Positions 50,788-59,751 of a DNA stretch of 59,821 nt are shown one piece after another. A model generated the notes under the pieces. That model saw only the letters and a list, made by a program, of their open reading frames with translations, did not search any database and was not told the origin of the DNA. How positions within the stretch are numbered: position 1 is the first letter of the stretch; each line of letters begins with the position of its first letter. Both the position numbers and the translations under genes were made by a program. Source of the DNA: Thermoanaerobaculia bacterium (GTDB taxonomy: Bacteria > Acidobacteriota > Thermoanaerobaculia > Gp7-AA8); assembly GCA_036390755.1 (NCBI GenBank), contig DASWBH010000020.1, positions 1-59,821 of the forward strand. Reading direction: 5' to 3'.

Positions 50788-51818
50788 CGGTTTACGATCC
50801 TCGAGCGACGCCGTGGCAGATCGATGAGAGCGAGTTCTATGAGCTCGACGATCGCCGGGCGCAGCTCGAGTTTCTGGTCCGCTACGCGATCCTCGCGCCG
50901 TCGGGCCACAACACCCAGCCGTGGTCGTTCAACATCGTCGGCGACGGAATCGAGATCTTCGCCGACTTTACGCGCAGGCTGCCGGTCGCCGATCGTGGGA
51001 ATCGCGAGCTCCTGATGAGCATCGGCGCCGCGATCACGAACCTTCGCGTCGCAGCGGCTCACTTCGGATACGAGACGACGGCTCTCTATCACCGCGGCGT
51101 GGATGACGATCCGGCCGTCGCGCGGGTCGCACTGCGGGAAACCTGCTCGGCTGATTCGTCGCTGCGGAAGCTGTTTCCGGCGATCGTCGCACGTCGCACG
51201 AACCGGCAGCCGTTCGATGGTCGTCCGATTGACGAATCGGTGCTCGCGGCGGTGTGCGACCTCATCGAGGAGCAGCCGGAAATGATGCGCTTCGTCCAGC
51301 CGCACGATCGCGCGCGAGCCGCGGATCTCGTTGCCGAGGGCGATCGCCAGCTCATGACGAATCCCGCGTTCCGGCAAGAAGTCGCGGCATGGATGCGGCC
51401 GAACGAAACGTTCGCCGGCGACGGCGTCTGCGGCGACGCGTTCGGAATCCTCGGCCCGGTCTCCGCGCTGGGCTCGTGGCTCGTGCGCAGCGTCGACCTC
51501 GGTCCGGCGCAGGCGAAGCACGATCGCGATCTGGCTGCGAACGCATCCGGTCTGATCGTGATCACTGGCGATGACGACCGTCGGTCCCTGATCCGCTCCG
51601 GCGAAGCGCTGGAGCGGCTCCTGCTGCTCCTCACGACCCTCGGAATCCAGTACTCGTTCCTCAACCAGCCGGTCGAAGTCGAGCAGTTGCGCAACGAGCT
51701 CTGGTCGATGATCCGCTCGCCGAAGCCGCCGCAGTTGATGGTCCGTATCGGCTACTCGACGCCTGTGCGCCGCCCGATGCCGCGCCGGCCGATCGAGACC
51801 GTTCTGGCGTCATCCTGA
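50784..51818 (+). CDS. Acg-family FMN-binding nitroreductase-like protein
   Basis: AILAPSGHNTQPW, SIGAAITNL, RRTNR, YSFLNQPVE, PQLMVRIGY, PRRP. Confidence 0.88.
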   Translation: MTVYDPRATPWQIDESEFYELDDRRAQLEFLVRYAILAPSGHNTQPWSFNIVGDGIEIFADFTRRLPVADRGNRELLMSIGAAITNLRVAAAHFGYETTALYHRGVDDDPAVARVALRETCSADSSLRKLFPAIVARRTNRQPFDGRPIDESVLAAVCDLIEEQPEMMRFVQPHDRARAADLVAEGDRQLMTNPAFRQEVAAWMRPNETFAGDGVCGDAFGILGPVSALGSWLVRSVDLGPAQAKHDRDLAANASGLIVITGDDDRRSLIRSGEALERLLLLLTTLGIQYSFLNQPVEVEQLRNELWSMIRSPKPPQLMVRIGYSTPVRRPMPRRPIETVLASS

Positions 51819-51846
51819 GCCGCGAAGACGGCGCTCAGGATGACGC
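51807..51846. repeat. REP-like 14-bp-stem hairpin GCGTCATCCTGAGC...GCTCAGGATGACGC between convergent genes
   Basis: Perfect stem, 12-nt loop; includes the nitroreductase stop codon. Confidence 0.85.
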
Positions 51847-51852
51847 TTCGCG

Positions 51853-54800
51853 TCACTTCAGTGCCGCGAGGTAGCTGTACATCTTCCACCGCGCGTCCAC
51901 ATCGTGCTGCGCCGCGGCGATGAGCTCCTGCGCCTCTTCCGCATCGCCTTTCAGCAACTGGTTGAACCGGTTCTCGGTCTTGAGGAACTGCTCGACCGGC
52001 ATCTTGATGCCGCGCGAATCGAGCTGCAGCGGGTTCTCGCCGGTCGCGTTGCGATCGGGGTTGTAGCGGTACAGGAGCCACTGACCGGCGTCGACCATCG
52101 CCTTCTGATGCTGCAGGCCCGACGCAATGTCGATTCCATGCGCGATGCAGTGGCTGTACGCGATGATCAGCGACGGTCCGTCGTACGCCTCAGCCTCGAT
52201 GAAGGACTTGAGCGTGTGCTCATCTTTCGCGCCGAGAGCAACGCTGGCGACATAGACGCTGCCGTACGTCATCGCGATCAGTCCCAAGTCTTTCTTGCCG
52301 GCAGGCTTGCCGCCCGCCGCGAATTTCGCGACCGCGCCGCGCGGTGTTGCCTTGGACGCCTGCCCTCCGGTGTTCGAGTAGACCTCGGTGTCGAGGACCA
52401 GGATGTTCACGTTCCTGCCGCTGGCGAGGACGTGGTCGAGTCCACCGAATCCGATGTCGTATGCCCATCCGTCCCCGCCGACAATCCAGACGCTCTTCTT
52501 CACGAGGTAGTCCGCCAGCATGAGCAGCTGCTGCTCATCGGTCGGGTCATCCTTGTGCATCCGCGTGGCGAGCTCGGTGCGGCGCAGGCGCGACTTCAGA
52601 AGCTCGACGCGCTCGCGCTGCTCGGCGATTTCCGCTTCGTCCTTCTGCTCGCACTCGACGATCGCCTCGACCAGGCTCTCCCCGAGTTGCGGAGCGAGCT
52701 TCTTCGCGAGGTCGGTCGCAAAGTCGCGCTGCTTGTCGATCGAGACGCGGAAGCCCAGCCCGAATTCGGCGTTGTCTTCGAACAGTGAGTTGCACCACGC
52801 CGGCCCGCGGCCGTCGGCGTTCGTGGTCCAAGGAGTCGTCGGCAGATTGCCGCCGTAGATCGACGAGCACCCGGTCGCGTTGGCAACGACCACGCGATCG
52901 CCGAAGAGCTGCGTCATCAGCTTCAGGTACGGCGTTTCGCCGCAGCCGGTGCACGCGCCGGAGAACTCGAACAGTGGTTGCGCGACCTGCACGCTGCGGA
53001 TCAGGTTCGGAATGATCGTGCGGCGATCGAGCTCCGGGATGCCCAGGAAGTAATCCCAGTTCTTCGCCTCAGGTTCGCGGAGCGGCGCCTGCGGCTGCAT
53101 GTACAGCGACTTGCGCGTGGGAGCGGCCTTGCTCTTCGCCGGGCAGACATCGACGCACAGCGTGCAGCCGGTGCAGTCCTCCGGTGCAACCTGGATCGTG
53201 TAGGCGAAACCTTTCCACTCTTTGTGAATCGGCTGCAGCGACTTGAACGTCGGCGGCGCCGTATGCGTCAGCGCTTCGTCGTAGACCTTGATGCGGATCG
53301 CGGCGTGCGGACACACCATGGCGCACTTGCCGCACTGAATGCAGCCTGACGTATCCCACACCGGGATTTCCTGCGCGAGATTGCGCTTCTCGAATTTCGT
53401 CGTGCCCGGAAGGAATGTGCCGTCGCACGGGAGAGCGCTGACTGGCAGATCGTCGCCGCGGCCGGCGAGCATCACACCGAGCGGAGTCCCGTCGATCACG
53501 CTCGCTGCGTGGAACGGCTCGACCGCGACCGTGGCCGGCAGGGCAACTTCGTGCAACGCGGCCAGCGCGTTGTCGACAGCCTTGAGGTTCTTCTCGACGA
53601 TCGCGTCACCCTTCGAGCCGTATGTCTTGCGAATCGATTTGCGGATCGCTTCGAGGGCTTCGTCGGCAGGCATGACGTTCGCCAGCTTGAAGAAGCAGAC
53701 CTGCATGATCGTGTTGATGCGCGAGCCCATGCCGCTTTCGCGCGCGACTTTGGTCGCGTCGATGACATAGAGGTGCGCCTTCTTCTCGATCAGCTCGCGC
53801 ATCACGCGCGGAGGAATGGCCTCCTCGCTCCCGTTGAACAGGAACGTGCCGCCCGGAACGAGCTCCTTGACAACGGCGTAACGCTCGATCAGCGACGGCT
53901 GATGACAGGCGACGAAGTTCGCTTCGCCGATCAGATACGGCGCGTGAATCGGCCGCGGACCGAAGCGGAGGTGCGACACGGTCGCCGCGCCGGACTTCTT
54001 CGAGTCGTACACGAAGTAGCCCTGCGCGAAGTGTCCGGCGTCGCCGAGAATCTTGCAGGAGTTCTTGTTCGCACCAACGGTCCCGTCAGCGCCAAGGCCG
54101 TAGAACATCGCCCGGACGACGTCGTTCGCTTCGATCGAGAACGAAGGATCGTAGTCGATGCTGTTGTTCGTGATGTCGTCGTGGATGCCGACGACGAAGT
54201 GATTTCGCGGAGTGTCCTTCTTGATCTCGTCGAAGACACCCTTGACCATCGCCGGCGTGAATTCCTTCGACGACAGTCCGTACCGCCCGCCGACGACTCT
54301 CATCAGCCGTTGCGCTTCGAACAGCGCGGTGACGACGTCGAGATACAGCGGCTCGCCGTTGCTGCCCGGCTCTTTTGTGCGGTCGAGGACCGCCAGCGTC
54401 CTGGTCGTCGCCGGAATCGCGTTGACGAAGCCGGAGATATCGAACGGCCGATACAACCGGACCTTCAACACGCCGACCTTCTCGCCTCGCGCGGTGAGCG
54501 CGTCGACTGTTTCCTGCACCGTCTCGCAGCCGGAGCCCATCAGCACGATCACGCGATCTGCGTTCGGCGAGCCGTAGTACTCGTACGGCTTGTAGGTGCG
54601 GCCGGTGACGGCGGCGAATTTCTCCATCGCCACGCCGACGTGCTTCGCGCATTCGGCGTAGAACGGGTTCGATCTCTCTCGCGCCTGGAAGAAGACATCG
54701 GGATTCTGCGCGGTGCCGCGGACGACGGGGTGATCCGGCGACAGTGCGCGCGAGCGGTGCTCGAAAACGAGGCGGAGATCGATCATGGCGTGCATCTGCT

Positions 54801-55368
54801 CATCTGTGAGCACCACGATCTTCGAGACCTCATGCGACGTGCGGAAGCCGTCGAAGAAGTGGACGAACGGGATGCGCGATTCGAGCGTCGCCGAGTGCGC
54901 GATCAGAGCGAGATCGTGCGCCTCCTGGACGCTCGCGGAAGCCAGCATCGCCCAGCCGGTGGAGCGCACGGCCATGACGTCGGTGTGGTCGCCGAAGATC
55001 GACAGCGCGTGCGTTGCGATCGTTCGCGCCGCGACGTGCAGCACGGCAGGCGTCAGCTCGCCGGCGATCTTGAACATGTTCGGGACCATCAATAGCAGTC
55101 CCTGGGAGGACGTGAAGGTGGTGGCGAGGGCACCCGTCTGCAGGGCTCCGTGGATGGCGCCGGCGGCGCCCCCTTCGCTCTGCATCTCGATGACCGAAGG
55201 GATCGTGCCCCAGAGGTTCGGGCGCTTCTCGGCGGCCCAAGCGTCCGACCACTCGCCCATCGGCGACGAGGGGGTGATCGGGTAGATGGCGATGACTTCG
55301 TTCAGGGCATACGCGACGCGCGCGACGGCTTCGTTGCCGTCGAGCATGGCGTATTTTTCTGCAGACAT
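51853..55368 (-). CDS. nifJ: Pyruvate:ferredoxin (flavodoxin) oxidoreductase, single chain
   Basis: IYPITPSS, EMQSEGGAAG, CIQCGKC/CTGCTLC ferredoxin motifs, FSGACTGCGE, GGDGWAYDIG. Confidence 0.97.
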   Translation of the reverse strand: MSAEKYAMLDGNEAVARVAYALNEVIAIYPITPSSPMGEWSDAWAAEKRPNLWGTIPSVIEMQSEGGAAGAIHGALQTGALATTFTSSQGLLLMVPNMFKIAGELTPAVLHVAARTIATHALSIFGDHTDVMAVRSTGWAMLASASVQEAHDLALIAHSATLESRIPFVHFFDGFRTSHEVSKIVVLTDEQMHAMIDLRLVFEHRSRALSPDHPVVRGTAQNPDVFFQARERSNPFYAECAKHVGVAMEKFAAVTGRTYKPYEYYGSPNADRVIVLMGSGCETVQETVDALTARGEKVGVLKVRLYRPFDISGFVNAIPATTRTLAVLDRTKEPGSNGEPLYLDVVTALFEAQRLMRVVGGRYGLSSKEFTPAMVKGVFDEIKKDTPRNHFVVGIHDDITNNSIDYDPSFSIEANDVVRAMFYGLGADGTVGANKNSCKILGDAGHFAQGYFVYDSKKSGAATVSHLRFGPRPIHAPYLIGEANFVACHQPSLIERYAVVKELVPGGTFLFNGSEEAIPPRVMRELIEKKAHLYVIDATKVARESGMGSRINTIMQVCFFKLANVMPADEALEAIRKSIRKTYGSKGDAIVEKNLKAVDNALAALHEVALPATVAVEPFHAASVIDGTPLGVMLAGRGDDLPVSALPCDGTFLPGTTKFEKRNLAQEIPVWDTSGCIQCGKCAMVCPHAAIRIKVYDEALTHTAPPTFKSLQPIHKEWKGFAYTIQVAPEDCTGCTLCVDVCPAKSKAAPTRKSLYMQPQAPLREPEAKNWDYFLGIPELDRRTIIPNLIRSVQVAQPLFEFSGACTGCGETPYLKLMTQLFGDRVVVANATGCSSIYGGNLPTTPWTTNADGRGPAWCNSLFEDNAEFGLGFRVSIDKQRDFATDLAKKLAPQLGESLVEAIVECEQKDEAEIAEQRERVELLKSRLRRTELATRMHKDDPTDEQQLLMLADYLVKKSVWIVGGDGWAYDIGFGGLDHVLASGRNVNILVLDTEVYSNTGGQASKATPRGAVAKFAAGGKPAGKKDLGLIAMTYGSVYVASVALGAKDEHTLKSFIEAEAYDGPSLIIAYSHCIAHGIDIASGLQHQKAMVDAGQWLLYRYNPDRNATGENPLQLDSRGIKMPVEQFLKTENRFNQLLKGDAEEAQELIAAAQHDVDARWKMYSYLAALK

Positions 55369-55439
55369 GGGCGGGCTTCCTCCGCCCAGAACGTTAAATC
55401 GGCCGCGAACAACGGGTCATGCGGCTGATCATACGTCGG

Positions 55440-55455
55440 TGTGACGAACGTCACT
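55440..55455. promoter_or_regulatory. CRP-like box TGTGA-CGAACG-TCACT upstream of PFOR
   Basis: 9/10 consensus, centre about 80 nt upstream of the start. Confidence 0.75.
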
Positions 55456-55889
55456 CAGCGGGCGCCGCTGATCGCGCGCATGCAGTCCCAGCAGGCGTTC
55501 ACTTCTTCGCTGATGTAGTGCAGAACCTGCAGCCACAGAGCGGGTTGCTCGTCGAGCAGGGTCTCGAGCGTCTCGCGATCGACGAAGCCGATGGTGCACG
55601 GCGTACGGGTCGTGGCGGTGCAGTCGTTCGGGCAGCGCGAGACGATGCAGCTGAGGCCGAGGATCTGTCCCGGCTCGGCGACGCGAAGCGCTTTTGCTTC
55701 GCCGCTCTTCGCGGCAAACACGAGATCGACTTCGCCGGCGCGAAGGAAGTAGACACCGGCCGGCTCTCCCCCTTCACGGTAAAGCACATGCCCCTTAGGC
55801 ACATTCTGAACGCGCTCGTGCGGAATGAATGCATCCGTTACGACTGAACTCGATGCAGACTGCGGCTGTACATCGATGTCTGTCCTCAC
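55455..55889 (-). CDS. Stand-alone Crp-type effector domain protein, no HTH, Cys-rich
   Basis: LYREGGEPAGVYFLRAGEV, PGQILGL; ends ACWDCMRAISGAR. Confidence 0.85.
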   Translation of the reverse strand: MRTDIDVQPQSASSSVVTDAFIPHERVQNVPKGHVLYREGGEPAGVYFLRAGEVDLVFAAKSGEAKALRVAEPGQILGLSCIVSRCPNDCTATTRTPCTIGFVDRETLETLLDEQPALWLQVLHYISEEVNACWDCMRAISGAR

Positions 55890-55953
55890 TCGGTCACCTC
55901 AACGATATGCGACTTCCAGTGTCAGACGGTAGCGGCTGGGCAAGTCGACCTGC

Positions 55954-55969
55954 TGTGATATTCAGCACA
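55954..55969. promoter_or_regulatory. CRP-like box TGTGA-TATTCA-GCACA
   Basis: 9/10 consensus upstream of the HTH-less Crp gene. Confidence 0.65.
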
Positions 55970-56066
55970 CGCAAACGTGAGTCAGTGACGTGATCTGCAC
56001 GATCTTGTCACCAACAAAAACGGCGAGGTCGAAGCCTCGCCGTTTTTGATCACAAATCGATGTGCA

Positions 56067-56786
56067 CTAAACGCTGACCATGCTCTCGAGCTGCGGCTTG
56101 TTCGTAACGAACATGCTCGAGCCCTTCACGTCGATGATCTTCTTGCGCTTGAAATCGCTGAGCAGGCGCGTCACCGTCTCACGCGTGGTGCCGATCATCT
56201 GCGCGATCTCTTCGTGCGTCAGAAGCACCTTCAGGCGGACGCCCTTCGTGGTCTGCTCGCCGCCGCGGTCGCACCAGTCGAGGAGCAGGCGGGCCAGCTT
56301 CTCGGAGGTCGTCGCCGACAGGCCGAGCGAACGGATCTCGCGCTGCGCGGAGTGATACTTCTCACTCAGCTGCTGCGCCGTATGCATGCATGCCTCGGCA
56401 TGACCGCCCAGAAACTTCAGGAAGTCCTCGCGTTTGATGAAGTTCAGCTGCGATGGCTCGATCGTCTCGGCAGAAACTTCGTACGGCTTGCCGAGGATCG
56501 TGGCGCTCGCGCCGAGAACCTCACCCGGCTCGGCGATCTTCACGATGAGCGTCTTGCCTTCTGTGGAAGAAGTCGTGAGCTTTGCCCGACCACTGCACAG
56601 AATGAACACCCCGCGCGGCTCCTCGCCTTCGACGAACAGCAGCGATCCTTTCGGATAGAGACCGGTGAACTTCACCGAGTCCAGGGCATTGACGGTTCCA
56701 TCGGACATGTTGCAGAACAAGCGCTCGGCTCGGACCCGGCACTCACTGCAGTTGTATTCGACTTCGAGGTTGTAGGGCGACGGCAT
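56067..56786 (-). CDS. Crp/Fnr regulator with N-terminal Cys cluster and CRP-type recognition helix
   Basis: CSECRVRAERLFC; LFVEGEEPRG; LTHEEIAQMIGTTRETVTR. Confidence 0.92.
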   Translation of the reverse strand: MPSPYNLEVEYNCSECRVRAERLFCNMSDGTVNALDSVKFTGLYPKGSLLFVEGEEPRGVFILCSGRAKLTTSSTEGKTLIVKIAEPGEVLGASATILGKPYEVSAETIEPSQLNFIKREDFLKFLGGHAEACMHTAQQLSEKYHSAQREIRSLGLSATTSEKLARLLLDWCDRGGEQTTKGVRLKVLLTHEEIAQMIGTTRETVTRLLSDFKRKKIIDVKGSSMFVTNKPQLESMVSV

Positions 56787-56866
56787 AACTGCCTCCGATT
56801 TCTTCTAACGTCACATAATCTAGAAGCTGGGATCGCAATTCCGCATGGATGCAGGTCACGTGTTCG

Positions 56867-56882
56867 TGTGACAGTCATCACA
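56867..56882. promoter_or_regulatory. Perfect CRP box TGTGA-CAGTCA-TCACA
   Basis: 10/10 consensus upstream of the Crp/Fnr gene. Confidence 0.8.
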
Positions 56883-57507
56883 TCGTCGCCGCAACATCGT
56901 GCTCGCGCGTGGGAAAGCGGACCGTGAACTCCGCACCGCCGCCGGCACCGTTCTCCAGCGCGAACGGAAACCCGTGATTCCGCAGGACTTCCTGCACAAC
57001 AGTCAAGCCGATTCCGCGTCCCTCGCGTTTCGTCGTGAAGAACGGAGTAAACAGGTGCGGCCGATCGGAATCCGCAATTCCGGGTCCGCTGTCGGCGATC
57101 GTGAGCGTGCCGTCATGCAACGCGATGCGCACGGTCCCGTCCTCCCCCGCCGCATCCATTGCATTGCGGAGAACGTTCAGGACGACTTGCTCGAGCTGCA
57201 GCGCGTCAGCGTTGACGGTCTCATTGCCGTTGATGTCGATCTCCAGTTGAATTCGCCTCGCCTCGGCTTCCGGTGTGATCAACGCGATGAGGCCGCGGAG
57301 CGTGTCGGTGAAGTTCATCGTCGCGCGATGTGGCGAAGGAATGCGCACGACATCCGCGAAGCCGCTGACGAATCGTCCGAGCGCGTCGATGCGCCGCGAC
57401 GCCACTTCGAGCGCGGTCACGAAATCTTCGCGATCCTCGCTGCGCACGTCGCCCGTGTACCGCAACAACGACTCGAGCAGCGAGCGCACGGCGGCGACGC
57501 TGTTGGC
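56878..57507 (-). pseudogene. 5'-truncated sensor histidine kinase (HATPase_c intact, H-box lost)
   Basis: LEQVVLNVLRNA, IADSGPGI, FTPFFTTKREGRGIGL present; sequence before NSVAAVRSLL has no phospho-His and no sensor domain. Confidence 0.7.
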
Positions 57508-57627
57508 TCGAATCCGGACGCGACTGTCCGATAGCGGACACCCGATCACAAACACATGTGATGCGCTTGCTCGCCGCCTTCGCTTTCGCGACATACGTAA
57601 CGACTGGAGTCAACAAAGGAGGTACGT

Positions 57628-58104
57628 ATGAACAACCTGATGACTCGCTTTGACCGCGTTGATCCGTTTGATGAGCTGACCACGCTGCGCAATCGCTTCG
57701 ACCGGATCCTGAACCGCTTCACCGGAGAGAACGTCGAAGAGCCGATGATGACCGCGAAGTGGGCTCCCGCGGCTGACGTGCTCGAGACCAAAGACGCCTA
57801 TGTCGTCAAGGCCGAGCTGCCCGGAGTCGAGGAGAAGAACATCAACGTCGAAATCGAGAACGGCGTTCTGACCCTCAAGGGTGACAAGATGTTCGAGAAG
57901 GAGACGGAAGAAAAGGGCTATCGCCGCATCGAGCGGGCGTATGGCAACTTCCTCCGCACGTTCACCTTGCCGCAGAACGTCTACACCGACAAGATCACGG
58001 CGACGTTCTTCAACGGCGTCCTCGAAGTGACCGTTCCGAAGAAGGAAGAAGCGAAGCCGCGCAAGATCACGCTCGACATCAAGAAGAAACTTGCTGCGGC
58101 GTAA
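57628..58104 (+). CDS. Small heat-shock protein Hsp20
   Basis: PAADVLE, AELPGV, ERAYGNFLRTFTLP, NGVLEVTVPK; GGAGG RBS. Confidence 0.95.
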   Translation: MNNLMTRFDRVDPFDELTTLRNRFDRILNRFTGENVEEPMMTAKWAPAADVLETKDAYVVKAELPGVEEKNINVEIENGVLTLKGDKMFEKETEEKGYRRIERAYGNFLRTFTLPQNVYTDKITATFFNGVLEVTVPKKEEAKPRKITLDIKKKLAAA

Positions 58105-58129
58105 GAACCGCGTGAGTCACGCTCATCGG

Positions 58130-58157
58130 AGGCGGCCTGAAGAAGGCCGCCTTTTTC
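58130..58157 (+). terminator. Rho-independent terminator after hsp20
   Basis: AGGCGGCCT-GAAGA-AGGCCGCCT-TTTT. Confidence 0.85.
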
Positions 58158-59751
58158 ATTTGCGGTCGCGCACGTCCGCCTCGGGCAGTTGCTGCTCGGG
58201 GTTGAATTCGGGTGGCGACGGAGCGCCCGCGGCGCCGTGAGGACGTCGCAGCCGGCTGTGCCGGTAGCCGTACGTCACGTAGATGACGAGTCCCGCGCCG
58301 AGCCAGTACACGAACCGCCACCACGACTTCGGCGGCAGATAAACCGCGAGAACCAGACACGAGATCACGCCGAGGATCGGCAGCAGGAACGGACCGCCGG
58401 GAACTTTGAATGAGCGCTCGCGGTGCGGGTCGCGCACGCGAAGAATCATGATGCCCAGACAGACGAGGATGAACGCGAAGAGCGTCCCGATGTTCGTCAG
58501 GTCGACCATTGCGTCGAGCGACGTGAACATCGCCGTGACGCCGACAAGAACGCCGGTGATGATCGTGCCGACGTGCGGCGTGCGGAACCGTCGATGCACT
58601 TTCGAGAAGAACGGCGGCAGAAGACCGTCGCGCGACATCGCGAAGAAGATGCGCGGCTGGCCCAGTTGAAACACGAGCAGCACGGCTGTGTGCGCGACCA
58701 CGGATCCGAACGCGACCACGCCGACCATCCAGTTCGGCATGGACACGTACTTCATCGCCATCGTCAGCGGCTCGGCCTGCTCGCTCGACAGCGTCTTCAC
58801 GAGATCGCTGTACGGGACCATGCCGGTGAAGACTGCCGCGATCAGCGCATAGATGATCGTGCAGATGATCAGCGAGCCGATGATGCCGATCGGCATGTCC
58901 CGCTTCGGATTGCGCGCTTCCTCCGCGGTCGTCGAGACTGCGTCGAAGCCGATGTAAGCAAAGAAGACGATCGCCGCGCCGGTGATCACGCCGTGGACTC
59001 CGTTCGGTGCGAACGGATGCCAGTGCGCCGGCTTCACGTATTTGAAGCAGACCAGCACGAAGAAGCCGAGGACGACGAGCTTGATGGCGACCATGCCGAA
59101 GTTGAAGTTGGCCGACTCGCGGATGCCCCACACGAGCACAATCGTGATCACGGCGACGATCGCCACGGCCAGGATGTTGAATACGATCGGGATGCCGAGG
59201 ACATGCGGCGCGTGCGCGACGAGGTCCGGCATCTTCTGCGAAGCCGTGTCGTAGTCGATCGTCAGCCACGGCGGGAGCTTGATCCCGAAGCCCTCCAGAA
59301 GCGTGTTCATATAGTTCGCCCAGGAGATGGCCACGGCGACGTTGCCGATCGCGTACTCGAGGGTAAGGTCCCAGCCGATGATCCACGCCACGAGCTCGCC
59401 CAGGGTCGCGTAGGAGTACGTGTACGCGGAGCCGGCGACGGGAACCATCGACGCGAACTCGGCGTAGCAGAGCGCGCTGAATCCGCAGACGACCGCGGTC
59501 AGCACGAACGACAGCATGAGCGCGGGTCCGGCGCCGGGGCGCGACGGATCACCCGCGGCAGCGGTGCCGATCGTCGCGAAAATGCCGGCGCCGATGATGG
59601 CGCCGACGCCGAGGGCGATGAGGTTCCAGGGACCGAGGACTTTCTTGAGCTGGTGGCCCTCTTCCTGCGTCTCCGCGACGAGGTCGTCGAGCGATTTCGT
59701 GCGGAAGAGTTCGCGGAAAACCGCCATCGGTTCGCGAATCATGCGTGCCAC
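58156..59751 (-). CDS. APC-family amino acid permease
   Basis: LGVGAIIGAGIF, CYAEFASMVPVAGSAYTY, FFAYIGFDAVST, QPRIFFAMSRDGLLP. Confidence 0.95.
   Translation of the reverse strand: MARMIREPMAVFRELFRTKSLDDLVAETQEEGHQLKKVLGPWNLIALGVGAIIGAGIFATIGTAAAGDPSRPGAGPALMLSFVLTAVVCGFSALCYAEFASMVPVAGSAYTYSYATLGELVAWIIGWDLTLEYAIGNVAVAISWANYMNTLLEGFGIKLPPWLTIDYDTASQKMPDLVAHAPHVLGIPIVFNILAVAIVAVITIVLVWGIRESANFNFGMVAIKLVVLGFFVLVCFKYVKPAHWHPFAPNGVHGVITGAAIVFFAYIGFDAVSTTAEEARNPKRDMPIGIIGSLIICTIIYALIAAVFTGMVPYSDLVKTLSSEQAEPLTMAMKYVSMPNWMVGVVAFGSVVAHTAVLLVFQLGQPRIFFAMSRDGLLPPFFSKVHRRFRTPHVGTIITGVLVGVTAMFTSLDAMVDLTNIGTLFAFILVCLGIMILRVRDPHRERSFKVPGGPFLLPILGVISCLVLAVYLPPKSWWRFVYWLGAGLVIYVTYGYRHSRLRRPHGAAGAPSPPEFNPEQQLPEADVRDRK

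Noticed and set aside
57545-57562. CRP or CIRCE site upstream of hsp20 (ATCACA-AACACA-TGTGAT)
   Set aside because: Half-sites are in inverted (inside-out) order relative to the CRP consensus, and there is no CIRCE match; not counted in the regulon
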